NCBI GenBank assembly: GCA_031372065.1
Contig: JANMKN010000300.1
Location: 1 to 46,200 of the forward strand
Source: Abditibacteriaceae bacterium
GTDB taxonomy: Bacteria; Armatimonadota; Abditibacteriia; Abditibacteriales; Abditibacteriaceae
DNA: 46,200 nucleotides
Reading direction: 5' to 3'
Made by a program: the position numbers and the translations under genes. Each line of letters opens with the position of its first letter. Positions within the stretch are counted from its first letter, which is position 1. Shown here one piece after another: positions 1 through 9,889 of this stretch. The notes below the pieces were generated by a model. It saw only the letters and a program-made list of their open reading frames with translations, did not search any database and was not told the origin of the DNA.

Positions 1-54
1 GGCGTGCTTATGTTACCCGCCAAAAACAAAATTTTATCTTCGTCTTCTATTTCG

Positions 55-143
55 TAACTATAAGCGGGGCTGGCGAACATATCCAAACGTTTTATTCTGC
101 AAACACATGGTTTGGAAGGGTGCGCCAGCCCCGCTTATAGTTA
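55..143. repeat. Long inverted repeat (21-bp perfect arms) upstream of recQ; REP/MITE-like hairpin
   Basis: taactataagcggggctggcg (55-75) is the exact reverse complement of 123-143; additional inner pairing tccaaac/gtttgga. Confidence 0.85.
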
Positions 144-188
144 AATGCCTGTTGGAAAAGAAAGCGCCAGCGGTTTAAAATCTAATTC

Positions 189-2783
189 GTGTCTGCTTCG
201 CTTGAAATCTCCGAAATCCAATCCACACTTCATCAATCGCTGCACGAGGTTTTCGGCTTCGGTGAATTTCGCGCTTTGCAGCAAGACGCCGTGCAAGCCG
301 CCGTTGAGGGCCGCGATGTTTTGGTGGTGATGCCAACCGGCGCCGGAAAATCGCTGTGCTATCAACTGCCCGCCGCGCTCACGCCGGGCGTGACGATTGT
401 TGTTTCTCCGCTTGTTGCCCTAATGCGCGATCAGGTCGCCGCGCTGCAAGAACGCACTTCGTTTAGTTATTTGGGCGTGGCCTCGCTCAATTCGCTGCAA
501 AACCCCAACGAACAAAGCGCCATTTTGGAAGATGTGATGCAAGGCCAGTTGCGCCTGCTTTACGTCGCGCCCGAACGCTTTCGTTCGCCGCAGTTTATGG
601 ACGCGCTACGCGGCATTCGCCCGGCGCGTTTTGTGGTGGACGAGGCGCATTGTATTTCGGAATGGGGCCACGATTTTCGCCCTGATTTTCTGCGTTTGAA
701 AGAAGTCGTCGAAAGCCTCGGCAATCCGCCGCTCATGGCCGTTACCGCTACGGCGACGCGGCGCGTGCAAGAATCCATCGCGCGCAATTTGGGAATGCGC
801 GAGCCGCAAATTTTAGTCGGCGGTTTTAATCGTCCAAATTTGCATTTTTCGGTCAAACGCTGCAAAAGCGACAATGAACGCGAGAGTTTATTGGAGCGCG
901 CCTTGCCCAAACTCGGACAAATGGGCGGTAGCGGCTTAATTTACGCCCCAACCCGCAAACTGTGCGAAAGTTTTGGCGAATTAGCCAGTCGCGCTTTGGC
1001 GCCGCAAGGCAAAAAAGTCGGCGTTTATCACGCCGGTTTGGAGCCACATCTGCGCAATTCGATGCAAGAAGGCTGGCTGCGCGGCGAAATTCACACCCTG
1101 GTGGCGACAAACGCTTTTGGCATGGGCATAGATAAGCCCGATGTGCGTTTTGTGGTTCATGTTTGCTATCCCGACAGCCCCGAAAGTTATTATCAGGAAG
1201 CGGGTCGCGCAGGCCGTGATAGCTTCAAAAGTCGCTGCGTCATTCTCACATCCGGCGGCGACCGGCGATTGCGCGAATACTTCATCGAAAACGACGCGCT
1301 GACAGCGGGCGATGTCAAAAATGCCTTTCTTGAACTGACACGGCAAGCGCAAGACGGCACGGTTCAAATCGCGCGCAGTTGGTGGAAATTGCAACTCGAT
1401 TGGAACGAAACCAAAACGCGCCTTGCTTTAGGCGAACTGGAACGGCGCGGCTTGATTGAAAGAATGGGTGAACGCGGCGATTTGCAAACGTTTTCGTTGT
1501 TAAAACGCGAATTCCCCGCCGACACATTTCGCTTGATTGCCGAAGATTTAAAACGCCAGCGCGAAGAGCGCTATCGCCGCCTTGACGAAATGATGGTTTA
1601 TTGCCGCACCGCCAAATGCCGGCGGCGCTTAATGCTCGATTATTTTGGCGACGGCGAAGAAATAGATCACGCCTTTTGCTGCGACAATTGCGATAATCCG
1701 CCGCTGCAAACCTTAGCGCAAGCGCACCCAGCGCGGCGCGAACGCGTGGAATTTCCCAAAGAGTTCAATCCGCACAATGTGCATCATATTTTGCAAGCGT
1801 TGGATGCGCTTTGGCCGCACATCGGCAAGCAAAAACTGAATCAATTGCTACGCGGCGCCAATTCCAAGGGATTGGAAAAATTCCGCACCGCCGCCTGCCC
1901 ACTTTTCGGCGCCTTTCGCGGTTCTTCGGTGCCGACAGTCGAAAAGTTTTTAGATCATCTCATCGAAAACGGCTTGTTGCATCAAGCCGACGAAGAAGAT
2001 TTCTACGTTTGCTCGCTGACCACAGCGGGCCGTGAAGCGTGGCAACTAAAAAGCGCTTTAGAAATTGTTTTGCCGGGCCAGACCCGTGTGGCATCCAATA
2101 TTAAAAACGGAATTTCGCATTCCGCAGACGACAAAGTTTTTGAAAAACTTAAAAGCTGGCGCCGCACGCAAGCCTTCACAGAAAGCGTGCCGCTTTATTG
2201 TATTTTGCCTGACCGCACGTTGCAGGAAATCGCGCAAATGCTGCCGCGCGACGACATCGAGTTGCGCTCGATTACCGGCATCGGCGACACCAAATTACGA
2301 AAATACGGCGCCGCGCTTTTGGGCGTTTTAAAAGGTTCGAGTGCGCCGGTGGCGATAACCCAAGCGCCACCAAAAACTACCCTAAGCCGCGCCACGCCAC
2401 AGGGAACGCACCAGACAAAAACGATAGCGAAAGTAGAACTAAACGAAGCAGCCGACACCTTTCTACTTTTGCAAGACGGCCTAAGCATCGAAGAAATCGC
2501 CCGCGCGCGAAAAGTGAAAACCAGCATGGTTTGGAACGAACTGGAAGATTTACTGCGCGAGGGCTTACTGGAAAGCGATACTCTGGAAGTCTTGGTGCCC
2601 GAAGCGTTGCGCCAGCGTATCGAAAGCGCTCTGGAAGCCGCGCCCGCAGGCAATAGTCTACGTCCGGTGGCCGACGCGCTGAATAATGAAGTGGATTATG
2701 GCCTCATTCGTTGCGTGGCCGCCGCGCGCGAAATGAAAGAGCAAAGGCCAGTCGCCCAAAACGCCACAGGGAACCCGAAATAA
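189..2783 (+). CDS. recQ: ATP-dependent DNA helicase RecQ family (helicase, Zn-binding, RQC, HRDC, C-terminal HTH)
   Basis: MPTGAGKSLCYQLP, VDEAHCISEWGHDFRP, ATNAFGMGIDKPDVRFV, YYQEAGRAGRD, CRR...CCDNC Zn site, HRDC-like LKSWRR...ITGIGDTKLRKYG. Confidence 0.95.
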   Translation: MSASLEISEIQSTLHQSLHEVFGFGEFRALQQDAVQAAVEGRDVLVVMPTGAGKSLCYQLPAALTPGVTIVVSPLVALMRDQVAALQERTSFSYLGVASLNSLQNPNEQSAILEDVMQGQLRLLYVAPERFRSPQFMDALRGIRPARFVVDEAHCISEWGHDFRPDFLRLKEVVESLGNPPLMAVTATATRRVQESIARNLGMREPQILVGGFNRPNLHFSVKRCKSDNERESLLERALPKLGQMGGSGLIYAPTRKLCESFGELASRALAPQGKKVGVYHAGLEPHLRNSMQEGWLRGEIHTLVATNAFGMGIDKPDVRFVVHVCYPDSPESYYQEAGRAGRDSFKSRCVILTSGGDRRLREYFIENDALTAGDVKNAFLELTRQAQDGTVQIARSWWKLQLDWNETKTRLALGELERRGLIERMGERGDLQTFSLLKREFPADTFRLIAEDLKRQREERYRRLDEMMVYCRTAKCRRRLMLDYFGDGEEIDHAFCCDNCDNPPLQTLAQAHPARRERVEFPKEFNPHNVHHILQALDALWPHIGKQKLNQLLRGANSKGLEKFRTAACPLFGAFRGSSVPTVEKFLDHLIENGLLHQADEEDFYVCSLTTAGREAWQLKSALEIVLPGQTRVASNIKNGISHSADDKVFEKLKSWRRTQAFTESVPLYCILPDRTLQEIAQMLPRDDIELRSITGIGDTKLRKYGAALLGVLKGSSAPVAITQAPPKTTLSRATPQGTHQTKTIAKVELNEAADTFLLLQDGLSIEEIARARKVKTSMVWNELEDLLREGLLESDTLEVLVPEALRQRIESALEAAPAGNSLRPVADALNNEVDYGLIRCVAAAREMKEQRPVAQNATGNPK

Positions 2784-2838
2784 GTTGACCCTTCTGAGGC
2801 GTGCCGTTATCGAAGCCGTAATCGAAAAGGAAACTGAA

Positions 2839-4101
2839 ATGTCAAACGAAACTGCAATCCTTGAAACCGCTCCGCAGAATGAAGCGGTTTCTGAAACAAA
2901 AAATGAAGGCAAAAACGAAATTCGTAATGTCGTGATTATAGGCAGTGGCCCGGCGGGTTATACCGCAGCGCTTTACACAGCACGAGCCAATCTTTCGCCG
3001 CTTCTTATCGCGGGCGGCTTTGAGCAAACCTCCTCGCGCATCAAAGGCGGGCAATTGATGTTCACCAGCGACATCGAAAACTTTCCGGGCACCGGACATG
3101 GCGTTACCGGCCCTGAATTGATGCTAAAAATGGAAGAACAAGCCCTGCGTTTTGGCACGGAAATGATGCAGGAATTTGTGACTTCGGTGGATTTGTGCGA
3201 TGCGCCGGGCGAACTTTACACCTTGCATTTAGAAAACGGACACAGCATCAAAACGCGCGCTTTGATTATCGCTACGGGCGCTTCGTCGCGGCGCCTGGGC
3301 ATCGCGGCAGAAGATAAATTTTTCGGCACCAGCGTTTCGACCTGCGCGACGTGCGACGGCAACCAATTCGCGCGACAAAAAGCCGTTGTCGCCGTTATCG
3401 GCGGCGGCGACAGCGCGATGGAAGAAGCCAATTATTTGGCGCGCTTAGAAGGCATTCCCAAGGTGTATGTTATCCACCGCCGCGAAGAATTTCGTGCCTC
3501 AAAAATTATGTTGAAGCGTGCGCAGGACAATCCGAAAATTGAGTTTCTACTCAACAAAGCCGTAGTGGATATTGTCGGCAAGCAGCATCCTTTGGCTGGC
3601 ACCAACAAGTTTTTCGCCGATAAAGAAGTGATGTCGGCGGCGGTTTTGGAAGACACGCACACCGGCGAAAAAAGCGAGTTGCCATTGGACGGCTTGTTCA
3701 TCGCTATCGGTCACACGCCGAATACAGAACTGTTCAAAAACCAGCTAAAAATGGATGAAACCGGCTACCTCGAACACGATGGCCGCACACGCGCTTTGCC
3801 GTCGCCCGCTTGCACGTCGGCCAAGATGCAATGCCTCGAAAAAGTGCCGGGCGTTTTTGTGGCCGGAGACGTAGCCGACCACGTTTACCGTCAGGCGATT
3901 ACCGCAGCGGGCATGGGTTGCCAAGCCGCCATCGAAGCCGAGCGCTATTTAGCTGAAAAAATGGCAGTGGAAGAAAATCTCGACCCGGATGCCGTGCATA
4001 TTTCGGCGGAATCCATTGCCCAAAGCCATTGGAGCAGCGAACGCGACAACGGCGAAAAACCGATTATCGAACGAGTTGCCGAAGCCGCTCAAGAAAAATA
4101 A
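2839..4101 (+). CDS. trxB: Thioredoxin-disulfide reductase
   Basis: IIGSGPAGYTAALY, GGQLMFTSDIENFPG, CATCDG redox motif, GGGDSAMEEA, AGDVADHVYRQAITAAGMGC; ATG at 2839 follows aagga (ORF track starts at 2785). Confidence 0.93.
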   Translation: MSNETAILETAPQNEAVSETKNEGKNEIRNVVIIGSGPAGYTAALYTARANLSPLLIAGGFEQTSSRIKGGQLMFTSDIENFPGTGHGVTGPELMLKMEEQALRFGTEMMQEFVTSVDLCDAPGELYTLHLENGHSIKTRALIIATGASSRRLGIAAEDKFFGTSVSTCATCDGNQFARQKAVVAVIGGGDSAMEEANYLARLEGIPKVYVIHRREEFRASKIMLKRAQDNPKIEFLLNKAVVDIVGKQHPLAGTNKFFADKEVMSAAVLEDTHTGEKSELPLDGLFIAIGHTPNTELFKNQLKMDETGYLEHDGRTRALPSPACTSAKMQCLEKVPGVFVAGDVADHVYRQAITAAGMGCQAAIEAERYLAEKMAVEENLDPDAVHISAESIAQSHWSSERDNGEKPIIERVAEAAQEK

Positions 4102-4154
4102 TTCACTGCCGAGGACGCGATGAAAAATCAGCAGTGAAAATCAAAGGAGTCAAT

Positions 4155-5327
4155 TTGCCTGAAGAATTACACGAAACGCACATCGGCGAGGCGCATATTG
4201 AAATTACCGATGACCCGAACATCGGCGAAACGGCGCAACCGACAACAGTTCACCCGCCCATATCGGACGAGGACGTTCCCAAGGGCGAAATGCACATTCC
4301 GCAGCCGCTTTCCCATGATATTTTCGATTGCACTATCATTGGCGGCGGCCCGACGGGATTATTTGCCGCTTTTTATGCTGGAATGCGCGAAATGAGCGTG
4401 AAAATCGTGGATTCTCTGGCTGAACTCGGCGGTCAAGTCACGGCGCTTTATCCTGAAAAATATATTTTCGATGTCGCAGGTTTTCCGCAAATTTTCGGCA
4501 AAGATTTGATTGCCTCCTGCATCGAACAAGGTATGCAGTTTGGCCCGACGGTTTGTCTGGGTGAAAAAGTCGAAGGCTTGGAACGGCACGGCGACGGCAC
4601 ATTTACCTTAAAAACCGACCGCGATTCGCACCGCACCAAAACGATTATTATCGCGGCGGGCGTGGGCGCTTTTTCGCCGCGCAAGCTGCCCAATATGCCC
4701 GAAATGGATGCGCTCGAAGGCAAAAGTCTGTTCTATTTCATCAAGAATTTGGAGCAGTTTCGCGACAAGGAATTGCTGATTGTCGGTGGCGGCGATAGTG
4801 CTTTGGATTGGGCTTTAAATTTGGAGCCGATTGCAAAAAAAATCACGCTCATTCATCGCCGCGACCAATTTCGCGCCCACGAAGATTCGGTGCGCAAGCT
4901 GATGGCGTCGTCAGTTGATGTGAAAACCTTTCATGAAGTCAAACGCTTTGCCGCCGACGAAAACGGCGCGCTGCAAAGCGTGACGGTTTTTCACAATAAA
5001 GCTGGCGAAGAAACCGAATTGCACCCTGATGTGCTGATTTTAAATCTCGGTTTCGTAGCGAATATCGGCGCGATAAAAGAATGGGGTTTGGACATTGAGC
5101 GCGGCGGCGTGGTCGTGCATCCCGGCACCTTAGCCACTTCGATTCCCGGCATTTACGCGGCGGGCGATATTGCCCGTTTCGAAGGCAAACTCAACCTCAT
5201 CGCTACCGGCTTTGGCGAAGCCGCCACAGCCGCCAATTATTGCAAGAATTTCATTGATCCATCGGCCAAAACCTTTCCTGGCCACAGCAGTGAAAAGTCG
5301 GATGAAACGCGCGCCAAAGAGCAATAA
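4155..5327 (+). CDS. Ferredoxin--NADP+ reductase, TrxR-like (YumC type)
   Basis: IIGGGPTGLFAAFYAGMR, LGGQVTALYPEKYIFDVAGFP, GGGDSALDWA, LIATGFGEAATA, C-terminal PGHSS; no CxxC; TTG start at 4155 after aaaggag. Confidence 0.9.
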   Translation: MPEELHETHIGEAHIEITDDPNIGETAQPTTVHPPISDEDVPKGEMHIPQPLSHDIFDCTIIGGGPTGLFAAFYAGMREMSVKIVDSLAELGGQVTALYPEKYIFDVAGFPQIFGKDLIASCIEQGMQFGPTVCLGEKVEGLERHGDGTFTLKTDRDSHRTKTIIIAAGVGAFSPRKLPNMPEMDALEGKSLFYFIKNLEQFRDKELLIVGGGDSALDWALNLEPIAKKITLIHRRDQFRAHEDSVRKLMASSVDVKTFHEVKRFAADENGALQSVTVFHNKAGEETELHPDVLILNLGFVANIGAIKEWGLDIERGGVVVHPGTLATSIPGIYAAGDIARFEGKLNLIATGFGEAATAANYCKNFIDPSAKTFPGHSSEKSDETRAKEQ

Positions 5328-5433
5328 AAGCTGGTTCCAAAGTCGGTTTTTGCAGGGACACAGCAAACGGTGTCCTGATTTGACAATTGGCCGCAGCCTT
5401 GCACGCAGCTTCGCCGAAAGATGACACCAAACG

Positions 5434-7272
5434 ATGAGCAACGCGGCGCGGCATTTTGAAATTATTCGCATTATTGCCTTGCCGCGCGCCGAAGTGTGGG
5501 AATTGTTAGCCAATACCGAGCGGCTCAATCAAGTGATGGAATTGCCCGCCGTAACGTTTAGTTCGCCTCGTAGCGACGACACATTGCTGGTGCGCGAAGC
5601 CAAAGCGAAATTTCGCAACACCATTCCGCTCAGTTGGAAAGAATATCCCTTTCACTGGGTGCGCAATGAAGAATATGCCGTTTTGCGCGTCTATAATTCC
5701 GGTCCGTTCCAGCGTTTTTGGGGCGGTATCAAACTGGCTGATGCTGGCCCGGATAATACTCGTTTAACGGTGTTCGCCGACCTGACGCCCGCCAATAAAT
5801 TTGGTGAGGCATTCATTCCTCTGCTGGCAAAAAGTTCGCTCGAAAAAACGGCAAAATACTGCACCGATGCCATTGAAGCGCGCATAGTCGGCAAAGCGCG
5901 TGGCCTGCCGGAAAATCGCTTTGCCTCGAAGGTCAATGACGCCGCGTTGAAACCATTGCTGGCACGTTTAAAAGAAACGCCGGTCAATCAAAAATTAATA
6001 CCGCAGTTAGAAACTGTGTTGCACGAGGGCGATGACAACGAGGTTTCAGGCTTGCGCCCAAAACCGTTGGCGCAGCAATGGAAAGTTCAACTCAACGATG
6101 TATTGCGCTTGTTTTTGCACGCCACAAAAATCGGCATCCTCAATCTCGGCTGGCACCAAATGTGTCCGCATTGTCGTGTTTCCAAAGCGGAATATTCGAC
6201 ACTTTCAGAATTAAGCAACCCGTTCGACTGCGATATGTGCGGCGTGAGCTACGACGCTAACTTCGACCGCTATGTGGAATTGCGATTTGCAGTGCATCAA
6301 AAAATTCGCCCGGCCTCAGCGGCGATTTATTGCATTGGTGGCCCGTTTGCCACGCCGCATATTGTGTCACAAACCTGCATCGAAAGCGGCGAAAAAGCAC
6401 GCCTTAATGTCGGTTTGAACGACAAAAAATTACAGTTGCGCGTGTTGAAACTGAATCATGTTTTGCCCGTTGGCTCCGGCTATGCCTCGACGGGCCTTGT
6501 CAGCTACACAAACGACGGATGGGCTGGCGAAGTGACGGTTCCCGCGCCCGATGGCAGCATGGAGATTTTGAATCGCAGCACCCGCCCGATTGTGCTGGCG
6601 CTGGAACGACAAGAATGGGACGATTTGGCTGTCACTGCCGCGCAGATCACGACACTGCGTGAATTTCGCGAGCTATTTTCGAGCGAAGTTTTGGCGCCGG
6701 GTCAAACTGTCAGCATCGAAAGTTTGACGCTCTTGTTTTCGGACTTGTGCGATTCAACGCAGCTTTACGAAATCATGGGCGACGCGCCCGCTTATGGGCG
6801 CGTGCGGCGCCATTTCGCGTGGCTTTTCGATATTATCGGCGCGAATGACGGCGCTATTGTCAAAACTATTGGCGATAGTGTGATGGCGGTTTTTCAGTCG
6901 CCCGAAGATGCCTTGAGTGCGGCCATAAATATGCAAAAGAGCGTCGGCGAATTCAACCGCACTGCGGAAAAAGATGAGCAAATCAGCATTAAAATCGGCT
7001 TGCATCACGGCCCGGCCATCGCCATCAACGCTAACGAGCGCCTTGATTATTTTGGACAAACCGTGAACATCGCCGCCCGCCTGCAAAATGCCAGCGAAGG
7101 CGGAGATATCGTTTTTGCGGAAGAGTTTGCACAACGCGACGGCGTGTGCGCTTTACTTGCAGAAAACCCGATTCAGCAGTCGTCCTTTAGTGCAAATTTG
7201 AAAGGGATTTCTGGAATTTTCAACCTTTATCGGGTGCGCTTGTCGCAAAGTCCTTCGGAAAGGCAACCATGA
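5434..7272 (+). CDS. Class III adenylate/guanylate cyclase with SRPBCC-like N-terminus and DUF5939-like Zn-ribbon region
   Basis: LLFSDLCDST, VKTIGDSVMAVF, IKIGLHHGP, DYFGQTVNIAARL; CPHC...CDMC in the middle. Confidence 0.88.
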   Translation: MSNAARHFEIIRIIALPRAEVWELLANTERLNQVMELPAVTFSSPRSDDTLLVREAKAKFRNTIPLSWKEYPFHWVRNEEYAVLRVYNSGPFQRFWGGIKLADAGPDNTRLTVFADLTPANKFGEAFIPLLAKSSLEKTAKYCTDAIEARIVGKARGLPENRFASKVNDAALKPLLARLKETPVNQKLIPQLETVLHEGDDNEVSGLRPKPLAQQWKVQLNDVLRLFLHATKIGILNLGWHQMCPHCRVSKAEYSTLSELSNPFDCDMCGVSYDANFDRYVELRFAVHQKIRPASAAIYCIGGPFATPHIVSQTCIESGEKARLNVGLNDKKLQLRVLKLNHVLPVGSGYASTGLVSYTNDGWAGEVTVPAPDGSMEILNRSTRPIVLALERQEWDDLAVTAAQITTLREFRELFSSEVLAPGQTVSIESLTLLFSDLCDSTQLYEIMGDAPAYGRVRRHFAWLFDIIGANDGAIVKTIGDSVMAVFQSPEDALSAAINMQKSVGEFNRTAEKDEQISIKIGLHHGPAIAINANERLDYFGQTVNIAARLQNASEGGDIVFAEEFAQRDGVCALLAENPIQQSSFSANLKGISGIFNLYRVRLSQSPSERQP

Positions 7273-8276
7273 GTTTGCGCGTGGCCGTTATCGGGCTTGG
7301 CCCCATCGGTAATTTACATTCCCGCCTTTATCAAGCGGATAATCTGGCCGAATTCGTCGGCGTGTGCGATAAAAATCCCGAACGCGCCGCCACAGCCGGA
7401 GAAATTTTTGGCGTGCCGCATTTCGCCGATGCCCAAACCATGCTCGCCGAATTAAAACCCGATTTAGTCAGCATCGCCACTGGTGGCTACGAATATGCGA
7501 GCGACCACTACAAGCCGACAATGCAAGCGCTGGAAAGCGGCTGCCATGTGCTGTGCGAAAAGCCGATCAGCAACAATATAAGACACGCGCGTGAAATGGT
7601 CGAACTGGCACAGCAAAAAAACCGTTGTTTCGCCATTGATTTCAATCACCGATTCACGCCGGCGGCTTACGCGGCTAAAAAATGGCTCGACGAAGATCGC
7701 CTCGGCGAACTGCTTTTTTGCAACATGGCGCTGTGGATTGGCCGCTTCGGGCCGATGGAATCGGTGAATTATCACTTGAAGGCACTTAATCCACATTCCA
7801 TCAACATCATGACGCACTTTTGCGGAACGATTGACGCGGTGCAATGCTTCGGCTTGAAAGCGCAAGGCCGCAACTTCTGGTCAACCGCATCATTTAATAT
7901 GAAGTTTCAAAGCGGCGCCGTCGGGCACTTAACTTCAAGTTACGACATCGCGCGCGGGCATCCGATGGAGCGCTGCGAAGTGGCGGGCACCAAAGGCCGT
8001 TTTGTGGTGGACGATATGTGGCGCGAAGCCACGCTTTTTCCCGCCGGCGACTTGGAAAAACGCGTCGTCACCAATCCGGTTTTCGGCGGTTTCCGCGATT
8101 TCGATGACACATTTCGTGAGCGCATTCACTGCTTTTTGAAACAAGTCGCAGACGGCGCCAAACCGCACGAAATAGATGGCTCCGGTGCCGATGGACTTTA
8201 TGCCCAACGCGTCATCGAAGCTGCCATTCGTTCGCTCGACGAAGACAATCGCGCGGTCATGCTGGAGGAAATTTGA
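7269..8276 (+). CDS. Gfo/Idh/MocA family oxidoreductase
   Basis: VAVIGLGPIG Rossmann motif, HVLCEKP, FNHRF; ATGA overlap with the cyclase stop. Confidence 0.9.
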   Translation: MSLRVAVIGLGPIGNLHSRLYQADNLAEFVGVCDKNPERAATAGEIFGVPHFADAQTMLAELKPDLVSIATGGYEYASDHYKPTMQALESGCHVLCEKPISNNIRHAREMVELAQQKNRCFAIDFNHRFTPAAYAAKKWLDEDRLGELLFCNMALWIGRFGPMESVNYHLKALNPHSINIMTHFCGTIDAVQCFGLKAQGRNFWSTASFNMKFQSGAVGHLTSSYDIARGHPMERCEVAGTKGRFVVDDMWREATLFPAGDLEKRVVTNPVFGGFRDFDDTFRERIHCFLKQVADGAKPHEIDGSGADGLYAQRVIEAAIRSLDEDNRAVMLEEI

Positions 8277-8359
8277 ATTATGCAAAACAAACGTGGTGTG
8301 GTGGAACGCATAGCCTGATGAATTGTCGAAAGCGCCTGTCAAATGACGCAAGGAGACTT

Positions 8360-8971
8360 ATGAAAAAGATTTTATGGAGCGCAGCCACAGCCCTCATGTT
8401 AGCCGGTTGCGTGGGCGCGCCCAAAATAGCGCAAAGCGATGACACGAAAACCGAAACAAAAGCGGAAGCGCCCAAGGAGAAACAGGTGGTTTTGAATTAC
8501 ACCGTCAAAAATTTGGCCGGAGAAGACGTAGATTTGTCGAAATACAAGGGCAAAGTCGTCCTGTTCGTCAACGTCGCCAGTCGCTGCGGCAACACGCCGC
8601 AGTATGAAGGTTTGCAAAAGCTGCACGAAAAATACAAAGAGCAAGGCTTGGCGATTCTTGGTTTTCCGGCCAATAACTTTGCCGGTCAGGAACCGGGCAG
8701 CGATGGCGAAATCGCCACCTTTTGCAAGAAAAACTACGGCGTGACCTTCGATATGTTCTCGAAAATCAGCGTCAAAGGCGACGACATCGCGCCGCTTTAC
8801 AAGCAACTCACCTCCGGCGCGGGCGATGAGAAATTAGCGGGCGACGTGGACTGGAATTTCGCCAAATTTCTGGTCGGCAAAGACGGCAAATTGGTGACGC
8901 GCTTTAAAGCGAGCGTCAAACCCGATGCCCCAGCTTTAGTCAGCGCTCTTGAGAGCGAACTGAAAAAGTAA
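8360..8971 (+). CDS. Glutathione peroxidase family protein (Cys type), predicted lipoprotein
   Basis: VNVASRCGNTPQY, LGFPANNFAGQEPG, WNFAKFLVGKDG; aaggag RBS before ATG 8360; lipobox LAGC. Confidence 0.92.
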   Translation: MKKILWSAATALMLAGCVGAPKIAQSDDTKTETKAEAPKEKQVVLNYTVKNLAGEDVDLSKYKGKVVLFVNVASRCGNTPQYEGLQKLHEKYKEQGLAILGFPANNFAGQEPGSDGEIATFCKKNYGVTFDMFSKISVKGDDIAPLYKQLTSGAGDEKLAGDVDWNFAKFLVGKDGKLVTRFKASVKPDAPALVSALESELKK

Positions 8972-8984
8972 GCAGCACCAAAGC

Positions 8985-9025
8985 AAAACAGCGGGATGAA
9001 AATTTCATCCCGCTGTTTTTGTTTT
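8985..9025 (+). terminator. Rho-independent terminator after the peroxidase gene
   Basis: aaaacagcgggatgaa-aat-ttcatcccgctgtttt followed by tgtttt. Confidence 0.8.
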
Positions 9026-9037
9026 CAGGTCGAACCT

Positions 9038-9829
9038 ATGAAGCAAGCATTAATCGTATCTGACCCCAACATTTTAGGCGCCAAGCCAATTGTGGCTGGC
9101 ACGCGCCTTACCGTGGAGTTTGTCTTAGATAACTTATCCGCAGGGCGAACACCACAACAGCTTTACGCAAAACATCCCCCGTTGACCCCCGAAGTCATCC
9201 AAGCCACCAAAGAATTCGCCTTGGACGCCGTGCGCCAGAACAGCATAGACACTTATCGCATTCCGGTGCACATCCGGCATCTCATCGTGGCTTTGGAGCC
9301 AGATGAAACTGTGGCACAAATCGAGGAAGCGTTCGGCCATGTTGTGTTGGGCAACGGCCCCAGTTTGCGACAGATGAGTATTATGGATAATTACGGTCGC
9401 GACGACCAAGGACGCGAAATATCAATGCAAGAGTATCGGAATCTAAAGGCCGTAGATGAAACTCACAATTGGAGAGCGCTGACCGTGGATGACCTGAACA
9501 AATACAATTATTTGTCCCATGGCGATGCCGAAAGTGTGCGCTTTTATATTCCGGCCTTGATGATTCAAACATTGGCAGACCACTATGGCGAAGATGTATT
9601 GTTCCGCCTGACGCCATCGGACTATCATATGATGCAGTATTCGCTGTTGGATGCACCGCAAAAGGTCGCCATTGCACGATTCTTGTGGCACCTTCTTGAT
9701 TTCGACGATTTAGAATCATACACAGTAAAAGCCGCTGAAACAGCCTTGGAACGCTACTGGATGCCATTTCTTGAGCCTCCTACAGAGCAAAAACAGCCCG
9801 CAAAAAAGCGCAAGGTGCGGAAAAAGTGA
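9038..9829 (+). CDS. DUF433 domain fused to a DUF6714-like domain
   Basis: N-terminal IVSDPNILGAKPIVAGTRLTVEFVLDNLSAG is a typical DUF433; C-terminal IEEAF...W...LSHGDAESVRFYIPALM resembles DUF6714; the ORF-track start (8996) lies inside the terminator. Confidence 0.75.
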   Translation: MKQALIVSDPNILGAKPIVAGTRLTVEFVLDNLSAGRTPQQLYAKHPPLTPEVIQATKEFALDAVRQNSIDTYRIPVHIRHLIVALEPDETVAQIEEAFGHVVLGNGPSLRQMSIMDNYGRDDQGREISMQEYRNLKAVDETHNWRALTVDDLNKYNYLSHGDAESVRFYIPALMIQTLADHYGEDVLFRLTPSDYHMMQYSLLDAPQKVAIARFLWHLLDFDDLESYTVKAAETALERYWMPFLEPPTEQKQPAKKRKVRKK

Positions 9830-9889
9830 CTTTTGCACTTTGCGGCGCAAAAATGCGCTTTTGGTGAAGAAAAAGGCGTTTTTGGCCTG

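Noticed and set aside
8585..8587. Selenocysteine in the glutathione peroxidase
   Set aside because: The active-site codon is TGC (Cys), not TGA.
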